Assembly: GCA_963728595.1 (NCBI GenBank)
Contig: CAVSLF010000005.1
Location: forward strand, 12,783-76,782
DNA length: 64,000 nucleotides
Direction: 5' to 3'
From: an uncultured Nitrososphaeraceae archaeon
GTDB lineage: Archaea > Thermoproteota > Nitrososphaeria > Nitrososphaerales > Nitrososphaeraceae
Below are positions 22,873 to 34,368 of the stretch, in pieces. Numbering within the stretch: position 1 is the stretch's first letter; each line of letters begins with the position of its first letter. The position numbers and the translations under genes were made by a program. The notes below the pieces were generated by a model. That model searched no databases, had not been told where the DNA came from, and saw only the letters and a program-made list of their open reading frames with translations.

Positions 22873-23170
22873 AACTTCATCATAAGGGGAATAGCTATTA
22901 ATTTGTTAGGTATCCGAGGTTTGGAAGTTATCTCTGAGTTGGTTCAAAGAAAAGCCAACAAACCGGTATTCAGTCAGATTACTTCGTATAATAGAAACTG
23001 GCAAAGTCCTCTTTTTAAATTATCTAACTACCGCTGGCAAGTATAAACATGAGGACATTGCTAAAGCTGTATTGAATATGATTGGTTGTAATATTATTCC
23101 GCGTAAATATGATTGGTTGTAAAAGAGTTTTAGGCCAACTATCTTAGCAGTAGGTATCATATCAGGACGT

Positions 23171-24211
23171 CTATTTGACTTCATTTACTTTCTTATTTTC
23201 GGCTTCTTTTAATATCATGTCCATTTCCTCTTTTGTGGGTTCATTTTTTCGCTCAAATTTGGCACTTATTAAGCCACTGGGTACATTGACCCACAGTGAG
23301 CTTCCGTCATAGTGATTGAGGTATGATTTAGGAATATAGTAGAGGTGTATGCTTACAACTCCTTCCCTTACCACTATGAATTCATTTCCAACCTTATCGA
23401 CATCCCCGATGTCTACGTTGTCGCTGGTTCGAACATGTTTATGAATAACCTCTTCCCAGGGTATTTTCAAAATTTCACCAGATTCTTGTCCTCTCATCTC
23501 CAGGCCTGGTTCTTTAGCCATAAGTGGTATCAATTCGCGGTATTGGGGATACCTTGCCTCTCGTTGTTGTGAGATATCTTTGTATTCTTTTGATTCGAAT
23601 TCTGTTTGTGTAGGCGGGCTATCGCGCTCATACCTATCCTTAACTTCATCTTTTGTTAAAGACACATGAAGTTTCTTTCCATCAAATTCTTCGACAAAAG
23701 ATTTTGGAATGTAATAGTGCTTCTTATTTACCGTACCTTTCTTAAGTTCGACATAATCAGCAGCTATACTCTCTACCTTTCCTAAATCTTTGTCATCGGC
23801 AGATTTTACTTCTTCGCCAATCACTTTATCCCAGGACATACCGACTTTGTTCTGTGTTTGGCCTTTAGACGAATACGTTGGAATCGCACTCGAGAACTGT
23901 GGATACTGTTTTTCTACAACAGATTTTCTTTCACGATACTGGGCATTGTCGAAGCTCGACAAGGGCATTTCTTTTTCGGATTCAAATTGTTTCACCTCAT
24001 CTTCAGTTAATGCCAACCAGATGTCGTCTCCATCATACCCCTGAATGTAATGTTTTGGCACAAAATAGTACTTTTTATCTAGCGTACCTTTTTGAATTTG
24101 TATAAAGTCTGTGGTAACAGCCCTTACCTTTCCGACCTTTTTATCGTCACTTGTTTTAACATCTTCATCAATAGATTTGTCCCATGAAAGTATATCTACC
24201 ATGTCTGTCAT
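23171..24211 (-). CDS. Protein with three tandem PRC-barrel-like domains
   Basis: Three repeats of W..VI...VK.SD..D.G.V......F.....G......YYIPK......DG. Confidence 0.85.
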   Translation of the reverse strand: MTDMVDILSWDKSIDEDVKTSDDKKVGKVRAVTTDFIQIQKGTLDKKYYFVPKHYIQGYDGDDIWLALTEDEVKQFESEKEMPLSSFDNAQYRERKSVVEKQYPQFSSAIPTYSSKGQTQNKVGMSWDKVIGEEVKSADDKDLGKVESIAADYVELKKGTVNKKHYYIPKSFVEEFDGKKLHVSLTKDEVKDRYERDSPPTQTEFESKEYKDISQQREARYPQYRELIPLMAKEPGLEMRGQESGEILKIPWEEVIHKHVRTSDNVDIGDVDKVGNEFIVVREGVVSIHLYYIPKSYLNHYDGSSLWVNVPSGLISAKFERKNEPTKEEMDMILKEAENKKVNEVK

Positions 24212-24280
24212 CCTAAATTATGTAGCATATGATTTATTGGTTGTAGTCTTTATTTATGATATGGATTATATCTTGTACAT

Positions 24281-24706
24281 ATGGCTGCAAATAACATAGA
24301 AGGACCCACAGTTCTTTGGGGGGAATTAAAAGGCACGAAAGTCAAATCGAATGATGGGGAGGATTTAGGAGATATCGACAAGATTTCTCAAAATTACATT
24401 AAACTTGAGAAAGGAACAATCAAAAAGGAAAAGTTCTGGGTGCCCAAATACCTGGCCGATGCCTTTGATGGAAAAGTACTATGGCTCCTTACCGGCGAGG
24501 AAGAAACTCGTGCAAAGTTCCAGTATGGCGAAGAACCACCCGCAGAACAATACGAAAACGACTTTGGTTCGTTCAAAACTTCGTATGGCCAGAACAGAAC
24601 TTGGGATGCTGACAAAGTTAGTGTAACACCAGAAAGAACAATCGGGATTCCCACGAAGCCAGCAGATTCGAACGAAGACTACAAGAACGTAAGAGATTTA
24701 AAGTGA
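24281..24706 (+). CDS. Single PRC-barrel-like protein
   Basis: WGELKGTKVKSNDGEDLGDI...FWVPKYLADAFDG; divergent from 23171 paralog. Confidence 0.85.
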   Translation: MAANNIEGPTVLWGELKGTKVKSNDGEDLGDIDKISQNYIKLEKGTIKKEKFWVPKYLADAFDGKVLWLLTGEEETRAKFQYGEEPPAEQYENDFGSFKTSYGQNRTWDADKVSVTPERTIGIPTKPADSNEDYKNVRDLK

Positions 24707-24973
24707 GTGGTAAACGCAATACATAATCGAAGCTTCTTTCCATTACCAGAGAACAAAAGCAAAATTATCCGTAGGGAAATATTGTCAATCAAACCCAGAA
24801 TATCCTCTACTAATCCTTATTGCGGATTAAGGAGGAAAATGTTTGTTTCTCTTTTAAGGCGAGCACTCCAGCAATACAAAATAAAACGAAGGACGGAAGT
24901 CCGAAGTAAGTAGCCGCTGCAAGTATGACAACTCCGCATACTATCAACAAGATACCTGCCATCTTCGTATTCT

Positions 24974-25171
24974 TTATTCTAAAGGCGACAAATAAACTGG
25001 CAGCATTAACAAGAAGTAAAACAAATACATGAAGTAATATACCGCCAAGAAAAGCCCCAATATTGGAAATCCGATTAGACTGTTGAAATACACGTAACCG
25101 ACTATGATAGGTACTAGAACAACTAACCCGAGTATTGCGGTAATCAGTGTAAGTTTTTGGTATGCCTTCAT
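24974..25171 (-). CDS. Small membrane protein, possibly frameshifted
   Basis: Hydrophobic ORF; hydrophobic reading continues in another frame toward 24900. Confidence 0.4.
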   Translation of the reverse strand: MKAYQKLTLITAILGLVVLVPIIVGYVYFNSLIGFPILGLFLAVYYFMYLFYFLLMLPVYLSPLE

Positions 25172-25520
25172 ACTATACTCAAATGGTATTCTATAATATT
25201 GCTTATCTCACTTGAGTTTGTAGGGTGAATATACCAGCCAACAGCGCCAACATAAACTCGGAGAGAATAAAGATAGATGGTAAGAGGGTTAAGTATTTCT
25301 AGGTAGAGTTGTGATGTTAAAGATATGCCCATTGGAAAATACATGCTGACAAGCCAGAACCTGATGAAGAAAGATAGGAAGATTCTGACCTGTCAGCAAT
25401 TAATAAAGGTTCAGAAAAATATTAAACAGTTCAAAGAGCTGCGGTCGGAGAAACGACCTCCTTTATTTCCTTCGGTTACCTATTTTGCAATAGGAGAGAT
25501 TTATTGAACACGTGCAGACT

Positions 25521-26147
25521 CTATTTGGCTCCTATTCCTTGCTTGATTTCGCCGGTAATATTTCCTAGGACAGAGGCAGCACCCCCGATTATGTTTTTAG
25601 CGACTTCACCTGTCTTGTTTAACAACGACCCACCTGAGTCAGTTAGATTCTTTCCAACTGAATTAGCTGACTGAGTTACATTGCCCATTGCGCCGGATAT
25701 GTTCCCTGTCTGGTTTCTTGTCGCGTTCGATTCGGCTGACATTTTTTCAGCTAGAGACATACTGGGATTACCAATCGAGGTATTATTAGCAAGAATTTCA
25801 CTATTGTTACCGAGAAGTTCGGTTAGTTGCTGGCCACTTCCTATCAATGATGTATTACCACCTAAATTGCTGCTGTTGTTGGATGGTCCAGTTTTATTCA
25901 CAGCCGTCATTGTTTGATTCGCAGATTTACTGGCATTGTCCACAGAATTGGATACATTTTTTGCCATTTCAGTCCTGGTTTGATTTGCAGTAGTCATATT
26001 TCCAACAGCGCTTGACGCATTGGTGGTTAAGTTCTGTGCCATTACATCTCTTGTGGTTGTTGCACTTATTAGAATTGAAAAAACTTGTGCGATAAGAAAG
26101 ATTCCGAGAACAGAGCCGAGGCCTGTGATTCTTTTGACGTTATTCAT
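25521..26147 (-). CDS. Secreted Asn/Ser/Thr-rich repeat protein (type B)
   Basis: Start MNNVKRIT at 26147; signal peptide; many NxS/T; C-terminus GAASVLGNITGEIKQGI shared with 44662. Confidence 0.8.
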   Translation of the reverse strand: MNNVKRITGLGSVLGIFLIAQVFSILISATTTRDVMAQNLTTNASSAVGNMTTANQTRTEMAKNVSNSVDNASKSANQTMTAVNKTGPSNNSSNLGGNTSLIGSGQQLTELLGNNSEILANNTSIGNPSMSLAEKMSAESNATRNQTGNISGAMGNVTQSANSVGKNLTDSGGSLLNKTGEVAKNIIGGAASVLGNITGEIKQGIGAK

Positions 26148-26186
26148 CGAAGTTAAAAATGCAATATAGATTATATGTATTCTAGT
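26145..26186 (-). promoter_or_regulatory. Conserved upstream cassette, copy 1 of 5 (others 27320-27361, 43842-43875, 44507-44548, 47045-47084)
   Basis: Minus-strand consensus TAGAATAGATATAATCTATATTGCATTYTTARCTTCG-ATG. Confidence 0.75.
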
Positions 26187-26273
26187 GTGTGACATACACT
26201 CATTGGTGTATAGTGCATGGCTTATTCGTTATTGTGTAGCTAGTCGAAATCAACTGGATAGATTGCTGTTTCC

Positions 26274-26756
26274 TCAATCGTTTGTTGAATCATCCAAATC
26301 CGGTGTGGCTACTGGTACCGACAATTTTTTAAGCTGAAGATTTGTTGTGAGGACATTTGACAGCGTCTCTGTTTTCTTTATGTCTGTAAAGCTTACGTTT
26401 GCTGTCAGACTTTGAATTGTAGCGTCCCTGATGGTCGTTTTGAAGTCTTCTGTTCCCCCCTTTTTCTTCGCCGTGAACCCATCTGGAAATGAAGACGAAT
26501 GTATTAAACTCCCATTTGTAGAGTAAAGCTTCATAATTCCATTTACCTTTTCACCCTCCAGAGAGTCATCATTGACTTGATATTTGACTGACATAGTTAC
26601 TTGGTTTCCGTGGACGTTGGATAGAGGCACAAAACTAGCATTTTCCAAAGTCAAAAGAATACTATCTTTGTCTGCGAATACATTTGCAGTGAGGACTTTG
26701 CTTTGACACAACAGGAAGGCTAATACGAAGATAATGGATGTGACGGTCTTGAGCAT
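26274..26756 (-). CDS. Secreted hypothetical protein
   Basis: Signal peptide and beta-rich domain. Confidence 0.75.
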   Translation of the reverse strand: MLKTVTSIIFVLAFLLCQSKVLTANVFADKDSILLTLENASFVPLSNVHGNQVTMSVKYQVNDDSLEGEKVNGIMKLYSTNGSLIHSSSFPDGFTAKKKGGTEDFKTTIRDATIQSLTANVSFTDIKKTETLSNVLTTNLQLKKLSVPVATPDLDDSTND

Positions 26757-26845
26757 ACAATATTTAGATGGACACTATTTTTTATAATCTTTTCAGAACA
26801 TTGTCTTCAATAAAAAAAAGATAAGACTTTCGTACAATTCGAAAT

Positions 26846-27322
26846 CTAATTGTTGTTGTTACTGTCGTCGTTGCCAGTTGACTTTTCTAACATCGGAGGC
26901 GGGTTATCACTCATAGCTACAAGCAATTTGTTATCCATGTCATTTATAGCTTGAAGTGCTTCTGTTGCTTTCCCGTCAGCTATGTCTTTTCTTATTTCTT
27001 CTAAACTTTTTCTTATATCCTGTACATCAGACGTCGTAAGTTTCGGGTTGTTTGACGAGGTCTGGTTTGTGGATGTTTTGTTAGCTGATTGTCCAGCTGT
27101 CTGATTCATCTGTGAAGCTGTTAGGTTCATCTGTGCAGCTGTTTGGTTCGACATATTCTGTGCAGCTGTTTGGTTCATCTGTGCCGCCGTTTCGTTCATT
27201 GCTGTTGACATATTTTGAGCAAATGCTGTTCTGGTAGAACCTAGACTAGATGTTGCTAGTGCTGCTATGAGGAACATTCCAGCTACTAAACTGAAGCTTG
27301 TGATTTTTTTGATGTTGTTCAT
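26846..27322 (-). CDS. Secreted sequon-repeat protein (type A, copy 1)
   Basis: MNNIKKIT signal peptide, MNQTAAQ heptads, C-terminal PKLTTSDVQDIRKSLEE...PPPML. Confidence 0.85.
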   Translation of the reverse strand: MNNIKKITSFSLVAGMFLIAALATSSLGSTRTAFAQNMSTAMNETAAQMNQTAAQNMSNQTAAQMNLTASQMNQTAGQSANKTSTNQTSSNNPKLTTSDVQDIRKSLEEIRKDIADGKATEALQAINDMDNKLLVAMSDNPPPMLEKSTGNDDSNNNN

Positions 27323-27537
27323 CGAAGCTAAGAATGCAATATAGATTATATCTATTCTAGTTATGAACAACGCGCGATTGTGACTAGCTCTTTGTATTGA
27401 TAAGCCGTATCACAACGCTGTAAATAGTGCTATACCTATAACCATATTTATAACTTCCAGAATGTATACAAGTTCCTGTCAGACTAGACCATTAACATTT
27501 GTTTTCCAATATATAGCATGATGTGATAGTATTAGTA

Positions 27538-27699
27538 GTGACCTACGAATTAGAGTTATGTCCAAAGTGCGGTAGAGGACACCTTAGACCAACTCCAGAG
27601 TCAGCTAGAGAAGTGGACCCATTCAGACAAACTAGTAGTCCGCAGATACTTGTTTGCGACTACTGTGGTATGAAAAAATCAATTCCTTACAGGTGCTAG
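27538..27699 (+). CDS. Zn-ribbon microprotein, family A copy 3 (not in ORF track)
   Basis: ELELCPKCGRGHLRPT...ILVCDYCG. Confidence 0.65.
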   Translation: MTYELELCPKCGRGHLRPTPESAREVDPFRQTSSPQILVCDYCGMKKSIPYRC

Positions 27700-27801
27700 G
27701 TTAACAAACGCCATAGTTCTTTACGAACAATGTCTAGCTCAGCTGCGTAATTGCGTTGACCATAAAAGGCCTTTATACTTTGAATCCGTAAATATAATAC
27801 C

Positions 27802-27930
27802 ATGTGTTTCGAGTTCGAAATACCAAATAAAAAGAAAGATAAAAACCTCAACATGATTGATGAAGACAACACGGAAATTGAACCTGAGCTTGAAAAAGTA
27901 CAAGAACCAGTTACAGTGTCAGTAAAATAA
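27802..27930 (+). CDS. Acidic microprotein (42 aa); degenerate copy near 42424-42535
   Basis: LNMIDEDNTEIEPELEKV versus LNMINEDAKHRIQPELEKV. Confidence 0.6.
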   Translation: MCFEFEIPNKKKDKNLNMIDEDNTEIEPELEKVQEPVTVSVK

Positions 27931-28018
27931 AGCGAAGTATTACTTTTTTATTTTACACGATATATCTGGCAGCTGACTAAAGTTGTTATAACCTAAGCAA
28001 TCCATTTACTGACTGACA

Positions 28019-28478
28019 ATGAGGAGCTTTGTAACATATGCATTCGTAATCACGCTTTTGTCTTGTTTTTTAACTATAATAGCCCTCCCCACTTTAGTTG
28101 AAGCACAAAACCAAAGCGAAAGCTCGAATAATGCGAATGTTACGGGCCCCCAGAAGTTGGGCGTAAAGATAACCTCCTCCATCAAAAAATGCTACCGTAC
28201 CTGCCGGCCAGCTTATAATCAGTGGAATTTCTTCAGATACTGCCATAACGAATTGTATGGTATCTGCAGACTGGAATGACCTCAAACCGATGCAAAATGT
28301 GACAGCAAAGGGTCCAGGTGGTGGAGAAAATGACTATTCAAATTGGACATATACTTACAACGAGAGCTATCATAATATTACCGTCGGTATCAATGAATTG
28401 ACTTCTAAGATAACATGCTACGACGACCCTGGCAATATGACAAAAAAGTACTATAGTGTCAACGTTACTGGTAGTTGA
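28019..28478 (+). CDS. Secreted Ig-like protein, frameshifted paralog of 42611-43066
   Basis: Near-identical DNA; extra C in acctcctccatc versus acctctccatc. Confidence 0.8.
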
Positions 28479-28688
28479 AAATTTGGATAACAATACCCAG
28501 TTGGGACACACTGTGTCTTTAGCTGGCTCATTAAATACTACTGTGTCATCGTAGGTAACGTAAATAACTGGGGTGTCCTTTACTGTGTCTGTCTAATACA
28601 TAGTTTGAGGGCATTAGAAAATCCGACCAACCATGTCAACATCCCTAATTGTATAATGCTAAAGTACTTTGTAGACTAACAGCTTACG

Positions 28689-28907
28689 ATGACAAGCACA
28701 AACGAAGTTAACGATGTTAATTCACCGGTACAGACACAGGAATCAGAAATGGGTGATGCCGAATTACAAGTGGACGCTAATCGAGTAGATGCAGGAGAGA
28801 AATCAGACGAATCAAGTACAAATGTATCCGCATCCTTTAGTTGCGAAGAATGCGGAAAAACATTTGCAACTAGACAAGCACTCAAAGAGCACACACAGGT
28901 TCATTAA
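28689..28907 (+). CDS. C2H2 Zn-finger protein with acidic disordered N-terminus
   Basis: FSCEECGKTFATRQALKEHTQVH. Confidence 0.85.
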   Translation: MTSTNEVNDVNSPVQTQESEMGDAELQVDANRVDAGEKSDESSTNVSASFSCEECGKTFATRQALKEHTQVH

Positions 28908-28928
28908 ACAAATAACTATAGCCCTCGT

Positions 28929-29380
28929 ATGACTTATGTTGCGAGAAACAAGTACCAATTACCATTACCATTTGATAGATTGGTAAGTGTAGATACTCAT
29001 TCTTCTCCTGCCCACTTGGGCAAGCTAGAAAATGCAGTTGACTTTGTAGCTTCTGAAAAATACCATAGTACCTAGCGGCGGCTTCTGGAATAGTCACGTA
29101 CGTTAAGGATGACTCCGATATTGGAGGTCCGTCGGTAAACTTTTGGGCCTATTCAAATTTTATCTCTATAAAACATCAAAATGAAGAATATACCCGATAT
29201 GACCACCTTGCATTTGGAAGCAGTAAAGTCAAAGTGGGCGAGTTTGTGAGCGCAGGTCAAGAAATTGCTAAGGTAGGTATGACGGGCTTTACTTACCTGC
29301 CGCACCTTCATTTCCAAGTCTTTGTTTTCACCGGTCCAAATTTATGGGAAGACTATCAAACGTTGAAAGTTGATTTCTAA
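28929..29380 (+). CDS. M23-family metallopeptidase, two +1 indels near 29058-29072 (not in ORF track)
   Basis: PAH...NAVDF, VLAAASGIV, ISIKHQNEEYTRYDHL, VKVGEFVSAGQEIAKVGMTG, PHLHFQV. Confidence 0.85.
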
Positions 29381-29804
29381 TCATTATTGTGTGGACAGTC
29401 AGGCACTCATGTGCGTATCGAGAAACGAATGATATAGGTAATCACAACGGCAATCCATGAAACTAAATATGGAATATTGTACTCCCTTCTAACATGAGTC
29501 AAACAGAAGCTATAGCACGAACATTCAAGTGGTTGAGGTTGTGGGGGATAATCCGCATCATACCTTTTTTCATAACAACAACAATACACTAAGTTCTTTT
29601 AAACAATATTGTATATGATATGCTGTCTCCTGTAGAAATGGTATCACGGGTTTCGGTCCCGTTCCCCGATATACTATTAAGGTAGAGAGGAAAGGCCAAA
29701 TACGGGACTGGCCGAAATAAGCCTCTTACCTCCAGGAGAATGAAAATAGTTCTCGACAGCCTAGGTCACTGCAACGGGCAGATTCTAAAACAGAAATAAA
29801 TCGT

Positions 29805-30186
29805 GTGGGCGATATTGGGGCAGTAAAATGTCTTTCGCTCAATCAGCCATACGCTGAACTGATATCTGGAAAGAAGACAATTGAAGTTAGGAGACGGAAC
29901 CAACTTCAGAGGGCAGTTCCTCGTACACGCGTCCAAAAAGATAAACGAAGAGGCATGCAACAGACTGAAGCAAAACTTGTAACTGGTGCAATTGTTGGAG
30001 AGGCCAATCTTTACGATGTAATATCTTACCAAAGCAAGCATTCTTTCTTAAAAGATAAAAACAAACATTTTGCAAGTTCAAATTACGGTAACCCGAAATA
30101 TGGTTTTTTGCTAAACCAAACAAAAAGATTAAGTCCCTATACCTATTCGTGGTAAATTAGGCTTCTTCAATGTCGAAATACTATAG
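29805..30186 (+). CDS. ASCH-domain protein, frameshifted
   Basis: CLSLNQPYAELISGKKTIEVR, GAIVGEA; G.LGFF tail in alternate frame. Confidence 0.8.
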
Positions 30187-30288
30187 ATATTTTTTCATCG
30201 TAAACCTTAGTACATTTATTGTTTGGCTTATCAGTAGATGTACTATGAGTCCCTAGAAATTAAAGTAGGTGCCTTTTAACGGCCCGGA

Positions 30289-30513
30289 TTAATCACGTTT
30301 TGTCAATGGGAACAATTCAAGTTTCTCCCGACAGGAATAACAGAGGAGAATCAATGGCACTTGTTCGTTGAGTTCCTCTTCCGAAATTGCGCTTGTAGGA
30401 TTATTTATTTCACTTTTTGGTGCTTTGTATTGTTTACGGCAAATGTCGCACCTCGAAAATACCATTGGGCTACTTGGAGCCGGAATCCAAATGTCTTCCA
30501 TTACCTCTCTCAT
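30289..30513 (-). CDS. CxxC-CxxC microprotein
   Basis: RCDICR...LCYSCR. Confidence 0.6.
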   Translation of the reverse strand: MREVMEDIWIPAPSSPMVFSRCDICRKQYKAPKSEINNPTSAISEEELNEQVPLILLCYSCREKLELFPLTKRD

Positions 30514-30787
30514 AGCCCGTAATCTATGACCAGCGTACTTAAATCGGACAGATTTAAAAAAATTGAGCCAAGAATTTCATATTTCAGACACAAGCACGCT
30601 GCGGAGAACGTAATACGTCGACCGAAACCGATGGAGAACAAATTTGGGCAATTGCCATGTGGTGCTCCTAGACTAACTTGTCAGTTAGTTTTCAATTGCA
30701 GATATAGTAACCATCAATGTCGGCATTCTGTGTACTGAAAAGGATATTACCCTCTTCCCATTCTATAGTGCCTATTCGGCTTTAGCC

Positions 30788-31393
30788 ATGGTAGACTATG
30801 GAAGACTTGCAATACCTGCCATCTTGATACTCACAGTTGGTGGAGTAATCAGTTTTTTTCTTGCATATAACTTCTATCCTGAAAAGCATGAAAATGTTAC
30901 TGTGGATGGCAGGTGTTACGAGTTACTCGATGCTGCCCATAAACAATATGTCAATCTTGCTGCAAGTAAGGATATAGAAACTTTGAGGCTGCAATTAAGC
31001 AAGGTCGAACCAAAAGACGCGATAATACCAATCATATTTAGTGGTAAAGACTCTGACATCGAACAGTTTAAACGTAAATACCCACTGACGGTAACATCCC
31101 AGCATAAAGTGAAATATTTTCCCAACATTGATGCAAGCGTAATTACTGCAAATATTTCAAAAAGTGAACTTCAAAATATAGTGGATAACCTAACCCTTAC
31201 GGATGTTTATCCATTATCAAAGACCGTTGCAGGTAGCATTGGAATTGAACCAAATAATTACATAACGTCTGCAGAAGGGATGGATATTTCGAATAAATCA
31301 AAGGAGTTCATGAGCAACGGAGTTAGGGAAATAATTTCTAATTCGGATGGCGTAAAATCAGCTTATTGTCGCACAGGTGTAACACAAGGATAG
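30788..31393 (+). CDS. Membrane-anchored hypothetical protein
   Basis: N-terminal TM, 201 aa. Confidence 0.8.
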   Translation: MVDYGRLAIPAILILTVGGVISFFLAYNFYPEKHENVTVDGRCYELLDAAHKQYVNLAASKDIETLRLQLSKVEPKDAIIPIIFSGKDSDIEQFKRKYPLTVTSQHKVKYFPNIDASVITANISKSELQNIVDNLTLTDVYPLSKTVAGSIGIEPNNYITSAEGMDISNKSKEFMSNGVREIISNSDGVKSAYCRTGVTQG

Positions 31394-31504
31394 TTTGTTT
31401 CAGTTGTGTTTTACTTAATTGATTGTGTGCCAGCATTTCAACCATTTTAACTTGGAAGTTTCAGGAACTAATATAGGGTTCTTAACCTTTAAGGCTCATC
31501 ATTT

Positions 31505-31960
31505 GTGATGGCTAAAGCTCTGGTAGGATGTTGCGGGTGGTCCTACGGGGACATGGCTGAAAAAGGCGGCTGGACTGGAGCATTCTACCCAGGAACCAGT
31601 ACCAAAAAACTTCCCTATTATTCCAAGTTTTTTGATTCAGCGGAGATGGATTCCACTTTCTATGAAAAGTTCTACAAATACATGACACCAGCCACATTTC
31701 GAGGCATGGCGTCAGCAACGCCTGACGAGTTTGAATTTTCTGTCAAAGTTCCTGAAACTGTTACCCACGATAAAAAATTGGACGGTTCGAAAGGTGCCAT
31801 TAGTTTATTTGAAGAATTCCTAGATAAAATATCCCCCTTAAAAATAGCCAACAAATTAGGTTCAATTCTAATTCAGCTTCCGCTAAGCTTTACAGTTAAG
31901 GAATTTAAAAACACAGAACAATACTTAGAGTATTATAGTGTCAACGTTACTGGTAGTTGA
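31505..31960 (+). pseudogene. DUF72 protein truncated and fused to the tail of the Ig-like gene family
   Basis: GCCGWSY, DSAEMDSTFY, FSVKVP, LIQLP, then YYSVNVTGS stop identical to the end of 42611. Confidence 0.85.
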
Positions 31961-32086
31961 AGATTTATAGACTAACATACTCCTTCGGGGACAGTCTTTG
32001 ATTTAATATTTATAAAATTTAATGTCCAGTATTATATTACGCAACGTTTTTCACAGACTGGATTAGGAGTTATTAGTTCTTTCTCC
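31929..32086 (+). repeat. 158-bp dispersed direct repeat (copy at 43035-43192)
   Basis: Direct sequence match with few substitutions. Confidence 0.9.
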
Positions 32087-32158
32087 TAGTCCAGTTGTTT
32101 TTATATCCTCTAATTGATGAATAACGCTTTAGTAATTTATTGTCGCTTAATAGTCAGA

Positions 32159-32311
32159 ATGAAACTAAAATTTAATTTATTCAAGAAGAATAAGGAAAAC
32201 GAGGTCTTCAAATGCAAGCATTGCAAGATGACATTTCAGAATAAAGAAAAGTTGGATAAACATTCTAAAAAGGCGCATACCGGACGGGAAAAACCCGACC
32301 AAGCTCACTGA
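32159..32311 (+). CDS. C2H2 Zn-finger microprotein
   Basis: FKCKHCKMTFQNKEKLDKHSKKAH. Confidence 0.8.
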   Translation: MKLKFNLFKKNKENEVFKCKHCKMTFQNKEKLDKHSKKAHTGREKPDQAH

Positions 32312-32395
32312 CGCTGGAATCAACATATCGTCTAGGATAAGATGCTCACGAACCTCTATGATGTATTAAAATAAAATGTTGCACTTGATTAGCTA

Positions 32396-32614
32396 ATGAG
32401 CAATGAATCTGATGTATCCAATACGATGTATGACATTCTGCGTGCAATGGGTAAAGATGCAGGTTTCTTGTATGAAACCATAGATACCTACATTAAGGAT
32501 GCACAAAGCGCCAATAAAACTGAACTCGTTGACACATGGCAAACCATCAAAAAGGATAGATTAAGGCATTTGCACATGTTAAAAGAGGCCTTAGAGAAGG
32601 AAATACATGCATAA
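32396..32614 (+). CDS. Small two-helix ferritin-like protein
   Basis: YIKDAQ...W.TIKKDRLRHLHML. Confidence 0.65.
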   Translation: MSNESDVSNTMYDILRAMGKDAGFLYETIDTYIKDAQSANKTELVDTWQTIKKDRLRHLHMLKEALEKEIHA

Positions 32615-32722
32615 CCTTTCAAGCACAAACTTACCATTATAACAAAAATAGTTATAACAATATCAGAGGCGCAAGAAAAATTAATATTTCGTAAATCTCA
32701 TTAAGATGCGAAAGGGATAGTC

Positions 32723-34368
32723 TTGTCTAAATATGAACAAGAAGGAATTCCAATTCAACTTTTAAAGGAAGGTGCAACCGAAACAAAAGGTAAAGATGCT
32801 CGGAAGAATAGCTTTGCTGCTGTAAAATTAATTACACAAGTTGTCCGTTCGAGCTTGGGTCCAAGAGGTATGGACAAAATGCTGGTGGGCTCTACTGGCG
32901 ATGTAACAATCACGAATGATGGGACAACAATCCTGAAGGAAATAGATGTTGAGCATCCTATAGCGAAAATGATGGTGGAAGTTGCAAAATCTGTAGATAA
33001 TGAAGCAGGAGATGGAACCAAATCTGTAGTAGTCCTTGCCGGTGCATTGATTGAAAATGCTGAGGAACTTTTCAATAAAGATGTCCATCCTACAATAATT
33101 GTGGAAGGTTTCAGAGCGGCTTCAAAGAACGCTATCGAATATCTTAAAAAAATATCCATCGAAATAGACCCAAGGATAAGTCTTTCCTAAGCAAAATTGC
33201 CATGACTTCGTTGGCATCTAAAATGGTAACTACAAATTCTCAGGTATTGTCTGGTATTGCAATTGATGCAGCTTTAAATGTGGCTGACGAATTTGAGGGA
33301 AACAAACTCAAAATAGATATAGATAACATTAAGGTAGAGAAAAAAACGGGCGGTTCTCTTCACGATACTAGACTTGTACAGGGTATAGTAATAGACAAGG
33401 AGATTGCACATGCCGGGATGCCGAGGAAAATTCACGGAGCCAAAATTGTTTTGCTTAATTCTGCTTTGGAAATCGAGAAAACAAAGTCAGATTCCAAACT
33501 GAATATTAGCTCACCTGACCAAATGCAAAACTATCTCAATGAGGAGGAAAGGATACTCAAGTCTATGGTTGACAGGATTTCCGCATCAGGAGCAAATGTT
33601 GTACTCTGTCAGAAAGGAATAGACGACATAGTACAACACTACCTAGCTAAAGAAGGAATAATTGCGGTCAAAAGAATAAAAGAAAGCGACATGTCGAAAC
33701 TTTCTAAAGCTACTGGGGCGAGAATAGTTACTAATACAGATGAGCTATCTAAAGATGATATTGGCCTTGCAGAGCTAGTAGAGGAACGTAAAATGGAAAC
33801 TGACAAATGGGTATTCATTGAAGGATGCAAGAATCCGAAATCAGTTACTATCCTAATACGTGGCGGTTCTCAGAGACTAGTAGATGAGGCTGACCGGTCT
33901 ATCCATGACGCACTGATGGCGCTCAAATGTGTTGTAGAATATCCTTTCGTTGTTGTAGGTGGAGGCGCATCGGAAGCAATTGTTTCTCGAAAGATAAGAG
34001 AATGGTCAGCTTCCCTTGCAAGCCGTCAGCAGCTGGCAGCTGAAAAATATGCTGATGCGGTAGAATCTATTCCATTAGCCTTAGCAGAAAATGCTGGAAT
34101 GTCTGTAATAGATACACAAGCTGAATTACGAACTAAAAGTAAGGAGGCTGGGAAAGCAAGGTACGGTATAGATGTCTTCAAAGGAAAAGTTGCAGACTTA
34201 TCGACTAGAGATATATACGAACCACTTACAGTCAAAAATCAAGTCATAAATTCTGCAACAGAGGCAGCGTGTATGATATTACGTATAGACAATATAATAT
34301 CTGCGTCCGCGCCCAAAAGCGGGGGCCCACCACCAGGAAGTCCCTATGGCGGCATGCCCGATTACTAG
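32723..34368 (+). CDS. Thermosome (group II chaperonin) subunit, frameshifted near 33180
   Basis: SSLGPRGMDKML, ITNDG, GDGT, CQKGIDD, GGGASE, ILRID; Gly/Pro/Met tail. Confidence 0.93.

Noticed and set aside
23075..23122. 17-nt direct repeat AATATGATTGGTTGTAA
   Set aside because: Only two copies; one of several local micro-duplications, not an array.
28505..28592. Three ACTGTGTC copies and a small hairpin
   Set aside because: Short and irregularly spaced; not enough evidence for function.
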